A stretch of DNA of 28,934 nucleotides from positions 1-28,934 of the forward strand of contig CAZLDE010000001.1 of the NCBI GenBank assembly GCA_964558215.1. Direction: 5' to 3'. The notes beneath the pieces were generated by a model that worked only from the letters and a program-made list of their open reading frames with translations, was not told where the DNA came from and did not search any database. Origin of the DNA: an uncultured Thermoplasmatales archaeon. GTDB taxonomy: Archaea; Thermoplasmatota; E2; DHVEG-1. Shown here in pieces: positions 9,373 through 17,718 of the stretch (position 1 is its first letter; each line of letters begins with the position of its first letter). The translations under genes and the position numbers were made by a program.

Positions 9373-11331
9373 TTATGTTAGGACCACGGCATTAAACTTT
9401 CCAAATACGAATCGTTCTCCGACGAACCCCCTCATTGAGCTTTTTGAAATCATGATGCTCTCATCAGAACGATACAGACGCAGCGTGGAAGGAAGGATAA
9501 CGAGGAACTTCGCGTTGCAACTGATATAGTCCTCTGTCTCGTTCTTCTCGCTGATAAGACCAAACATCGTTGATCGAGTGAGAGTAAAAATATTCACATC
9601 TAAGGGAGAAGACCAGGTGCTTTCTTCATGAAGGGGATCCCTTGCCTTGACTTTGACCTGAAAAGTGCCTGCCGTAGTCCAGTAGCGTACCACGGTTACC
9701 TCCTGCCCCGACTCAAAGGGGCCTATCCAAGAGGAATTTGACCCATCATCCCAGTCGACGAAATATTCGACATCGTTGTTATCGGGATCGTTGGTTGAAA
9801 AACAATATTCGTATAGCTTTCCAGTAAAACCAGTTGTCGTGCCGTCGATGATCGGTGGGCAGGGTGGTGAATTGGGACGGGTGAGGGGAACTTCAAGGAT
9901 TTCCGCGCTGGACAACGTGATGTTAACTTGATGAATCTGAGACCTGTACCCTTGTGCAGAGAAATTCACATTATAGGTTCCGGGAGGAAGGAACAAATGG
10001 TATCTACCGAACCGTGGTTCACTCATGTAATGCTCCTCGTTTGTAAAGGTGACTCCTTCAAGCGTTATCGTCGCTACTAATGGTGCGCCGGTCGCATGAT
10101 CTGTCACATGGCCGCTAATGGATATTTCCCGTTGCAACTCCCACAGGGTCCCTGGCCAGACCAATGCTGCTTCACTGAGAGCACTAGCATAGGTTGGCTG
10201 GAAGGAAGTATGGGTTTCGATGAGGTTCGCATACGATCCGTTATAGGCCAGATGCCATTGATAGTTTTCACCATCTGCGCTGGCTAGACGGGTCGATCCG
10301 CTGTACCCAACAGCATACGCAAGACGTATTCCTTCTGATTGCAGAAAGCTGGTAAAGGGATGGGACAGGGAGAGGTACCCGTACAATACCTCGCGGCCAT
10401 AGGAATGGTAATCAAGGACTTTGGCAAAATGTCGGTCGTTTCCGAATGTCATCATGGTCTGTGTTTCTGGTTCAGAGGCTGCACTGGGTCCTTTGTAGGT
10501 TTCATCATAGGGATTTGTACTTCCTCCGCCAGCGGAATTCCAGCCAAAGGGATAATTACGATTCAAATCGACACCATCAGGGGGAGCTCGGTTCTTCCGC
10601 CAGTAGTTATCATAGTTGAACATGTAGACATATCCATCTGGATTCCAAATAGGAGATATCCAGATTTCGTAATTGTCAACCGCTGCAGTGATGTCTGGGT
10701 CGATTCCATACTGGGTTGTGAATTGTTGTATTGAATTGTTACAGATGACCGGGGTGACGACTTCTCTGGCATGATGAGCACCGACCATAAGGAAATTTGG
10801 TTCATCCTCATCCGTTGCGACGTTATCTGAGATTTTTATGGCATAGAGATGCCTGCCTTCATACGTTGGGGAAAGGCCGTACCATGTCGTGAGGTCATAG
10901 ACCTTGCAGATAGAAGGATACTGACTTTCATAGGTATACAACACATCAACCATTGCAGGGTAATCGATGTATCCTGCTGGTAGTAATGGTTCCAGGATCA
11001 TCTGCTCTGCTTGAATGTCACGAAATGGTCTTCCTTGCGAGAGTAACTCAAGGTGATATCCTTGTGTTTGTAATTTTTTAAAGACACCTGGTTTTACAAC
11101 CAATTCAAAAGAATCATCAGTGATAGTATTCACGAACACATCGAATCCTCCTTTAATAAAGATAGAAGCAACCTGTCGTGCATCCTGCACTTTTAGAAGA
11201 CTATGGCAGAGAGTCTCAGATGTTGGAGTTTCTGCTCTTACTGGATCGTATGCTTGATTTCCTGTTACACTTACATAACTTATACCAATTAACAAAATAC
11301 ATGCAGATAGGCTCACCAATTTCTTTTTCAC
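9373..11331 (-). CDS. Secreted M14 zinc carboxypeptidase (carboxypeptidase T-like) with a carboxypeptidase-regulatory-like domain, a PKD domain and a beta-rich C-terminal domain
   Basis: GTG start and signal peptide. Zn ligands in GAHHARE (HxxE) and DYHSYG; DLNRNY substrate motif; catalytic Glu candidate in LIETH. Confidence 0.92.
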   Translation of the reverse strand: MKKKLVSLSACILLIGISYVSVTGNQAYDPVRAETPTSETLCHSLLKVQDARQVASIFIKGGFDVFVNTITDDSFELVVKPGVFKKLQTQGYHLELLSQGRPFRDIQAEQMILEPLLPAGYIDYPAMVDVLYTYESQYPSICKVYDLTTWYGLSPTYEGRHLYAIKISDNVATDEDEPNFLMVGAHHAREVVTPVICNNSIQQFTTQYGIDPDITAAVDNYEIWISPIWNPDGYVYMFNYDNYWRKNRAPPDGVDLNRNYPFGWNSAGGGSTNPYDETYKGPSAASEPETQTMMTFGNDRHFAKVLDYHSYGREVLYGYLSLSHPFTSFLQSEGIRLAYAVGYSGSTRLASADGENYQWHLAYNGSYANLIETHTSFQPTYASALSEAALVWPGTLWELQREISISGHVTDHATGAPLVATITLEGVTFTNEEHYMSEPRFGRYHLFLPPGTYNVNFSAQGYRSQIHQVNITLSSAEILEVPLTRPNSPPCPPIIDGTTTGFTGKLYEYCFSTNDPDNNDVEYFVDWDDGSNSSWIGPFESGQEVTVVRYWTTAGTFQVKVKARDPLHEESTWSSPLDVNIFTLTRSTMFGLISEKNETEDYISCNAKFLVILPSTLRLYRSDESIMISKSSMRGFVGERFVFGKFNAVVLT

Positions 11332-11608
11332 GATATATCCCCCAAAGAGAATAACAATAATAAAATACAGAAAAGGGCTTATAAAACTACCTCAACAATG
11401 AATCAGATAAAACAAAAAGGATTTTCTTTGAAATTAGGATGGGTAATGATAGAAAAAACACACATAGAATTTTCTCTTGTTTAAACCTCTAGAGAAAATA
11501 AATGAGGATGATGATACCAGTAATAGGAAGAAAATTTTCCCAGTCCAAGAATGCGCTCGGATGTACGAATTCAGTGGTGAATATAGACGTAACTTCAGAA
11601 AAAAAGTT

Positions 11609-12754
11609 TTACGAAGTAAGAACCATGGGATGAATCGGAAGAGGGGGTGTGACATTTCCTAATCGTTTCAACGCGTCAAGCTTCTCCCGTTTACCGATTT
11701 TTGCTTGTTCCAGAGCATCTCCCAGGATCTGTATCGACCTTGCGTAGGTCGGAAGGTCAACCGGGTGAGGTACACCGTCTTTCCCCCCATGGGCAAATGT
11801 GTAGCGAATCGGATCCTCCCAAGAAGGTCGTCCACCATAGAGGAGATCCGAGATAAGTGCCAAAGCACGAATAGCCATCGGACCGACCCCATTCATCGCG
11901 AGAAGCTCCTCATAACTTGTTGGATGGATATCATAAATCTGCTTCATCCTCGCCCAATTAATCGACCGTGGCATATCCAGACGAGGTAAGAGAGCACTGC
12001 TCCGATGATGCCAAGACCAAGTATCTAATGTTGTCTGGTTCTTATGTTTTGTAACAATCGCCCAGTCTTCTCTAAGATGTACTGGATTATCATTGATCAG
12101 ATCGACAGAGATTTTCTGGGCAGTGGTGCTTTGTTTCGCGGTCATGTCAAGTACGTTTTCTTGTCGATCTTCCCCGATGATCGCAGTGTGAGGATCACAA
12201 ACAAAATTATTAACATCCTCTGATAACCAATGGTAACGACGGGCGTATCCGGTATCGTTATTCATCCCCTGCTGAATCACCATCCACCGTTTGGTTTCCG
12301 ACACAAGAAACACATGATGATACAGTCTATGGCCGTCTTGTATCGCTGTGCTATCAACCTTGGCGGCCATGCGGCTACAATACTGCAGACGATCAACAAG
12401 AGACGCTGAAAGATTGAGATTTTCAGCATATACCTTTATCTCTGCAAGGGTGTTTTGCGACGCTTTCCCCTTCCCGCCACACAACCTCACCCCAAGCTCC
12501 TCATGGTTCAATGCTTCTTTCAAGGCACCACAGGTGACCGTGGTAGTCCCTGATGAATGCCAATCATACCCAAGAACACAGCAGAACGCCTGAAACCAGA
12601 ATGGGTCAGCAAGCCTGCGGAGGAACTCATCAGCCCCATATTCATAAACAATGACCTTGGTGATTTCTCTGGAGAGGGCAACCATCCTTTTGAATAACCA
12701 CCGAGGTGCTTTTCCTGAATGAAGTGGAAGAGTAGCGACACCTGTCCTTCGCAT
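11609..12754 (-). CDS. DUF763 family protein
   Basis: Family motifs LPLHSGKAPRWL, DWHSSGTTT, GGKG, SRMAAKVD, YHH, QQGMN, ARRYHW and FAHGGKDGVP. The ATG at 12754 is preferred over TTG at 12760. Confidence 0.9.
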   Translation of the reverse strand: MRRTGVATLPLHSGKAPRWLFKRMVALSREITKVIVYEYGADEFLRRLADPFWFQAFCCVLGYDWHSSGTTTVTCGALKEALNHEELGVRLCGGKGKASQNTLAEIKVYAENLNLSASLVDRLQYCSRMAAKVDSTAIQDGHRLYHHVFLVSETKRWMVIQQGMNNDTGYARRYHWLSEDVNNFVCDPHTAIIGEDRQENVLDMTAKQSTTAQKISVDLINDNPVHLREDWAIVTKHKNQTTLDTWSWHHRSSALLPRLDMPRSINWARMKQIYDIHPTSYEELLAMNGVGPMAIRALALISDLLYGGRPSWEDPIRYTFAHGGKDGVPHPVDLPTYARSIQILGDALEQAKIGKREKLDALKRLGNVTPPLPIHPMVLTS

Positions 12755-12999
12755 AGTCAACTATGTTTTAGAGCAATTAAAGGTTATAATCTTTCATGGG
12801 AGATCAATGAAAGTATCAGTTTCCCTAATATGGGAAGATATAAAAAACCATAGTGTTTCTCAGAGTGCATAATATCAGGAGACTACCTAAAATTGCTACA
12901 AATAGTGACACAAGGAAATGCTTCTGGAAACAGGCATCGGTTTAATCCTTCTTCATTTATTTTAAGTGATATCAGCGAAAAAGAAAAGGAGCTGAAAAA

Positions 13000-14382
13000 A
13001 TGGAACATCCAGATTATCTAACGTATATGAAGAATTTTGATATGCATATGCAAAAATACTTCCCATCAAAAGAAGCTTGGACACCAGTTGATGATGCGTT
13101 ATACAAACCACCCGACCTGTTCCGCATCCCATTAAAAGAAGCATCTGAAATGCTTTTAAAATCCATGAAATACACCTTTGCTCTTCAGTACAACAACAAT
13201 AAGGTCTACCATACTTTCTGTAAAGAACGCGACTTCGCTCCAGATAACATTAAAACCGTTGAGGACCTTGATAAGATCCCTCTCATCCCAGATAACTTCT
13301 TCAAGGATTATCCCTCCGGGAAAGATTTCGCATTATGGCTCGGCAACCTGTTCACAGGGGATCTCCCCCGGGTTGTTATTAAACAAGCTAACCCGACCTA
13401 CGATGAGGTCATCAACGCTTTTAACGAGGCAGGCATGGCCGTCGCTTACAGCAGCGGGACGAGCGGGCGACACACGTTCATCCCACGGGATCAACGGACC
13501 TTCAATGTCTCCGAGTATGCCATTGCAAAATCCGTTATTTCCATGATCTACCCACTCTGGGATTATTCACTGCATGGCTATTTACTCATGCCCAACCCAA
13601 AGAAAACCAATGTGTACGCTGGAAAAGTCTGCACCGTGTATTTCGACGCAATCCATGATGTACGGGTCGCAATTGACCGTGATATCACCACAGAACTCAT
13701 CCGGATGACGATGACCGGCCAAAAAGGAGTAAAAACCAAAATCGTGAAATATTTCGCGAAACGGGAATCGGAAAAAATGATCAACGAGATCATCAAATGG
13801 CTGGAGCATCACGAGAAAACCAACGAGAAAATCGCGTTGGTCGGCGCTCCCTTCATCCTATCCTTTGTGATGAAAAAACTCCAGAAAGAAGGGAAAAGCT
13901 TTGATTTTGGTGAACGCGGTGGTGTCGGTACAGGTGGCGGCTGGAAAGCCTATGAAGGCGCTCGCGTACCTGTCGCAGAATTCCGCAAGCAGGTCGAGAA
14001 AGTCCTGGGCATCCCTGAAAAATTTTGCCTGGATATCTACGGCATGGTTGAGGGAAACGGTTGGATGGTCCACTGCCCAGAAGGCCATTACTTGCATGCA
14101 CCATATTCATATTATAAACCCCTTGTGCTTGATTCGGAGTATAAACCAGTGGGGTACGGGGAATGGGGACGCTTTGCGTTCCTTGATGCTGCCGCGTACA
14201 GCTACCCTGGTTTCATCATCTCTGGTGATAAGGTCCGCATGCTTGAGCACTGCCCAGTCTGCGACCGTCCAGGACCAGTCCTTGAACCAGAGGTGAAACG
14301 GGCTGCCGGTGAGGAGATCCGCGGATGTGCCGAGGAGTTACGCAGGATGCTTTCTGCAGATCTTGGGAAGGATACGAAATAA
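13000..14382 (+). CDS. luxE: LuxE/PaaK-family acyl-protein synthetase (adenylate-forming ligase)
   Basis: YSSGTSG P-loop, LDIYGMVE, YPGFIISGD and a C-terminal EIRGCA motif (Cys443); AGGAG SD upstream. The symbol is a family label only; no lux operon is in the window. Confidence 0.82.
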   Translation: MEHPDYLTYMKNFDMHMQKYFPSKEAWTPVDDALYKPPDLFRIPLKEASEMLLKSMKYTFALQYNNNKVYHTFCKERDFAPDNIKTVEDLDKIPLIPDNFFKDYPSGKDFALWLGNLFTGDLPRVVIKQANPTYDEVINAFNEAGMAVAYSSGTSGRHTFIPRDQRTFNVSEYAIAKSVISMIYPLWDYSLHGYLLMPNPKKTNVYAGKVCTVYFDAIHDVRVAIDRDITTELIRMTMTGQKGVKTKIVKYFAKRESEKMINEIIKWLEHHEKTNEKIALVGAPFILSFVMKKLQKEGKSFDFGERGGVGTGGGWKAYEGARVPVAEFRKQVEKVLGIPEKFCLDIYGMVEGNGWMVHCPEGHYLHAPYSYYKPLVLDSEYKPVGYGEWGRFAFLDAAAYSYPGFIISGDKVRMLEHCPVCDRPGPVLEPEVKRAAGEEIRGCAEELRRMLSADLGKDTK

Positions 14383-14383
14383 C

Positions 14384-15364
14384 ATGCTGACACCCTGGGA
14401 AATCAAAAAAAAAGAAATGGTCCCTCCACGTCATATGATTCAGATGAATGTCGGAGGCATATTTTTTCTTCTAAAAATGCTGTTGATGAACCTAGGGACA
14501 CTCAAAATGCTCAAGAACCAGGAAAAAAACATTTACACCCGACCATCACCAACCTATACCCTGCCGATCCTTACAGCGGAAATGAAGAAAAATCATTCGG
14601 AAGAGAAGTACCTCAGACCTACGTTGTTTTGTAACTGTCGAGCCCCCGAGATAATCGCAGTAGCCCACGAGCTTGGCGCCTATAAAAAAACAGATCAAAA
14701 GTATGCTGAGGCGGCTTTTGAGTTTGCAAAAAGGAAAATTATCCTTGAAATGGTTCCATTGGACGATGTCGATGCAGTATTACGTCGAGGCACGGGGACC
14801 TGTCTGCATAAGATCTCTGTCTTTATCGCCCTCTGCCGAGCCGCTGGGATACCGGCACGGTACAAGTTCTTTGCTCTGACCATGCTGGAAAACTGGATGG
14901 GGCCTGCGCTTGACCGGGCACCGCTTATGAAACAGTGGTATGACGCGATGGGGCATTTCTTGCTGCATGGTGAAGGAGAGGCCTATATCAATGGAAGATG
15001 GATCACTGCTGATGTTGGTGCAGAGCCACAGCGACAAGCAGCAGCATGGATTCCGGTGACAAAACTAGGGGAGGACTCTGCTGGACTGTGGTTATTCCCA
15101 ATCCCAGGGACGATTTTCCAGAGAGAATCCATCCCGCTTGGTCTTGGACTCCCATCTCAACTTCTTATGAAGCGGTTGGTGCCAAACTCTGTGGCTGGTA
15201 TAAATATTGGAATTTTGGAACAAATCGAGAAAGGCAGAAAGATAATTGAACAAGCAGGTGGAGAAGCAGCGTATGACGCGGAGGCTCGGAAGAGACGCAC
15301 ACAGATGGCAACGAAAACAGAGCTACTGAAAAACCATGAAAATATTGTTTTTGAGGGGAAGTAA
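14384..15364 (+). CDS. Cytoplasmic transglutaminase-like protein, paralog 1 (Cys-His-Asp)
   Basis: RRGTGTCLHK..ALCRAAGIPARY, LLHGEGEAY and WITADVG motifs. The ATG at 14384 lies 1 nt after the luxE stop; the track's 14309 start overlaps luxE. Confidence 0.85.
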   Translation: MLTPWEIKKKEMVPPRHMIQMNVGGIFFLLKMLLMNLGTLKMLKNQEKNIYTRPSPTYTLPILTAEMKKNHSEEKYLRPTLFCNCRAPEIIAVAHELGAYKKTDQKYAEAAFEFAKRKIILEMVPLDDVDAVLRRGTGTCLHKISVFIALCRAAGIPARYKFFALTMLENWMGPALDRAPLMKQWYDAMGHFLLHGEGEAYINGRWITADVGAEPQRQAAAWIPVTKLGEDSAGLWLFPIPGTIFQRESIPLGLGLPSQLLMKRLVPNSVAGINIGILEQIEKGRKIIEQAGGEAAYDAEARKRRTQMATKTELLKNHENIVFEGK

Positions 15365-16660
15365 ATGGAGAAGAAAAAACATCAGTATCTGCGGTATGTA
15401 AAATATTTTGGCCCCGGGGCGATCCTCGCATCGATGACCATTGGTGCAGGTAACATTGTGTTAGCTCCACGGGTTGGAGCATGGGCTATTCCTGCGTACT
15501 CAGCGTTATGGGTCATCACGTTTGCCCTGATCACCAAGGGTCTGACCGCTTATTTGGCGACCCGGTATTCGTTACTCTCCGGGGAACATATCATGTCGTT
15601 GTTTGCTCGCGTGCGTCCTCGGGGTTGGATTAATATCGTATCCATCATCATCGGGTTTGCATTACTCCCATTTATGATTGCGACGTTTCTGACAATCCTT
15701 GGCAACGTCCTAACATTGTTTACGAGTGTCGGTAATTATTTTATCTGGGGAGTTGGCATTGGACTTCTGATAGCTTTTTTCGGGTTCTTCGGTACGCTTC
15801 GTATCATGGAAATCGTTCAACTGGTCTTTGCCGTGTTTCTAGCTATTGGTGCGATTGTCGCAGTCATGGTTGTCAATCCCGAATGGCTGACGGTCATTCA
15901 AGGGTTAGTGACGGTTCAGGTCCCCCGAGTTGCTACATGGGTCACTGCCGAGGATATCATCGCAGTACCAATCCTACTTCAGATGGCAGCGGTGTACGGC
16001 ACGATGAATGGGGTATACTCAGATTTTACTGCATATATCGCCTGGTGGAGACAAAAGACAAATGAGAAAAAAATCTCCCTGAAATCAGAAGCGTTCACCG
16101 GTATGAAAGTAGATTTGTTCCTCTCTCTTCTGATTGTCGCGATTTTTACCATTGCGTTTATGGTTGCTGGAGCTGTAATCCTTGGTCAGAAACAAATCGT
16201 CCCCAACGGCGTCGATCTTATCTCGGCGCAGCGCGAGATTTACGCGACAATCAATCCGTTCATTGGAATGTATCTGTATCCTTTGGCTGTGCTGGTGGTT
16301 ATCGGTGGAACGATCTATGCAGGGATGGACGCAGTACCTAGGATGATTAAGGCATGGGCTGATCCGATTAGCGCACGGGTACAAAAAATCACGTTTAAAC
16401 GTTTCAAAGGATATATCGTCCTTTATCTGCTTCTCGTCAGTCTTCCCTTGATGGTCATTGAAAAACCGATTATTCTGATGACTCTATATCTGCTGTTGAC
16501 CGGTGTGTTTGGCATGTGGCTTCTTGGATGGGGTGCCCTCTGGGCAAACCAACGTCATCTGCCAAAAGAAGAGCGGATCGGAAAAGGGATGTTTCTTATC
16601 TATGCAGTCAACAACGTCATCGTCACTATCTTCATTGTTGCTATCCTGATTATCCGATGA
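15365..16660 (+). CDS. Nramp/APC-superfamily (YcsG-like) membrane transporter
   Basis: About 11 hydrophobic segments and an N-terminal FGPGAILASMTIGAGN motif; abuts the upstream stop codon with no gap. Confidence 0.75.
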   Translation: MEKKKHQYLRYVKYFGPGAILASMTIGAGNIVLAPRVGAWAIPAYSALWVITFALITKGLTAYLATRYSLLSGEHIMSLFARVRPRGWINIVSIIIGFALLPFMIATFLTILGNVLTLFTSVGNYFIWGVGIGLLIAFFGFFGTLRIMEIVQLVFAVFLAIGAIVAVMVVNPEWLTVIQGLVTVQVPRVATWVTAEDIIAVPILLQMAAVYGTMNGVYSDFTAYIAWWRQKTNEKKISLKSEAFTGMKVDLFLSLLIVAIFTIAFMVAGAVILGQKQIVPNGVDLISAQREIYATINPFIGMYLYPLAVLVVIGGTIYAGMDAVPRMIKAWADPISARVQKITFKRFKGYIVLYLLLVSLPLMVIEKPIILMTLYLLLTGVFGMWLLGWGALWANQRHLPKEERIGKGMFLIYAVNNVIVTIFIVAILIIR

Positions 16661-17639
16661 TATCTTCTCTCCGGTGATACCATCTGACGAGATCATCAAT
16701 CGTCGAAGTCACGGTATATCGTGGTTTGTAGTGTAGCTCATGTTCTGCTTTTGTTATGTCCAGCTGACGTGCATGCCCAAGGACTTTCACCTTATGACGC
16801 GTGAAAGGAGGGTTTTGTTTCCTGCGAAGAGCCCATAAACCTTCAATGAGGCTTGCAAGGACATATGCTCCAAGATAAGACCGGTGTGTCTTAGGAGTAG
16901 GGACATGAATTTTTTCTGCAAGCGCCTCGATCAATTGTTTCGGGGTGCTATCAAAACTCTTCACATTATATACCTGGCCAGCTGCGTTGTCGGTTTCACC
17001 AGAGAGACGCAGACAAGAGGCGACGTCACGGCCATCGGAGATGGAGATCTGTTGTTGTCCGTTTCCGATATAGAATAATCTTCCTTGTTTGAGTGCTTGA
17101 ACCAGGAAAGGGGTAATTAACGAATCACGGGGACCAACTACCAGTGGTGATCGAATCGCTGAAACCGCCATGTCATATTTCTTTCCATACGCCCAGATCA
17201 ATTGTTCAGCTCGTAGTTTTGATTCCCCATATTTCGCGGTTGGTTTTTTCTGATACTCTTCTTTGATTGGCATGGTTGTTTTTGGGAACCCGTACACTGC
17301 AGCCGAGCTCATGAATACGAACCGTGGGACCTTGTTCTTAACGCATGCGTCAAGAAGGTTTTTCGTTCCATCGACATTGATGTCGAAAAATGTTTTCTTC
17401 GGGCCCCAATCCCGTGGGAGAGCAGCAACGTGAAACACCACATCAACATGTTCACATGCGTGGACCAGGGACTCTGGGTCCGTGAGATCACCGAGAGAAA
17501 AAGAAGCTTTTTTTCCTATGAGCGCTTTCGTAGAGCTTGTAGTTCGTCGCAACACCCGTACTTCATAACCCTGTTCTATGAGCTCATCGGTGAGGTGACT
17601 GCCGATAAAGCCTGTTCCACCGGTTACCAGCGCCTGCAT
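16650..17639 (-). CDS. Extended SDR: NAD-dependent epimerase/dehydratase or 3-beta-HSD-like reductase
   Basis: ALVTGGTGFIG Rossmann motif, SSAAVYG and YGESK (YxxxK). The ATG at 17639 is preferred over TTG at 17651. Confidence 0.9.
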   Translation of the reverse strand: MQALVTGGTGFIGSHLTDELIEQGYEVRVLRRTTSSTKALIGKKASFSLGDLTDPESLVHACEHVDVVFHVAALPRDWGPKKTFFDINVDGTKNLLDACVKNKVPRFVFMSSAAVYGFPKTTMPIKEEYQKKPTAKYGESKLRAEQLIWAYGKKYDMAVSAIRSPLVVGPRDSLITPFLVQALKQGRLFYIGNGQQQISISDGRDVASCLRLSGETDNAAGQVYNVKSFDSTPKQLIEALAEKIHVPTPKTHRSYLGAYVLASLIEGLWALRRKQNPPFTRHKVKVLGHARQLDITKAEHELHYKPRYTVTSTIDDLVRWYHRREDIIG

Positions 17640-17718
17640 GGAAAGGGACAATATCTTCTTGTTAAAAAACTCATTCAGAAAAGATAATATGCTCCTATTA
17701 TTTCATGGACGGATTAGC

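Noticed and set aside
11434-11662. Short ORFs on both strands (73 and 61 aa) between the peptidase and DUF763
   Set aside because: AT-rich, no SD or family motifs, and they overlap the DUF763 3' end.
13000-14382. Bioluminescence (lux) operon
   Set aside because: Only a LuxE-family gene is present; no luxA/B, luxC or luxD homolog is in the window.
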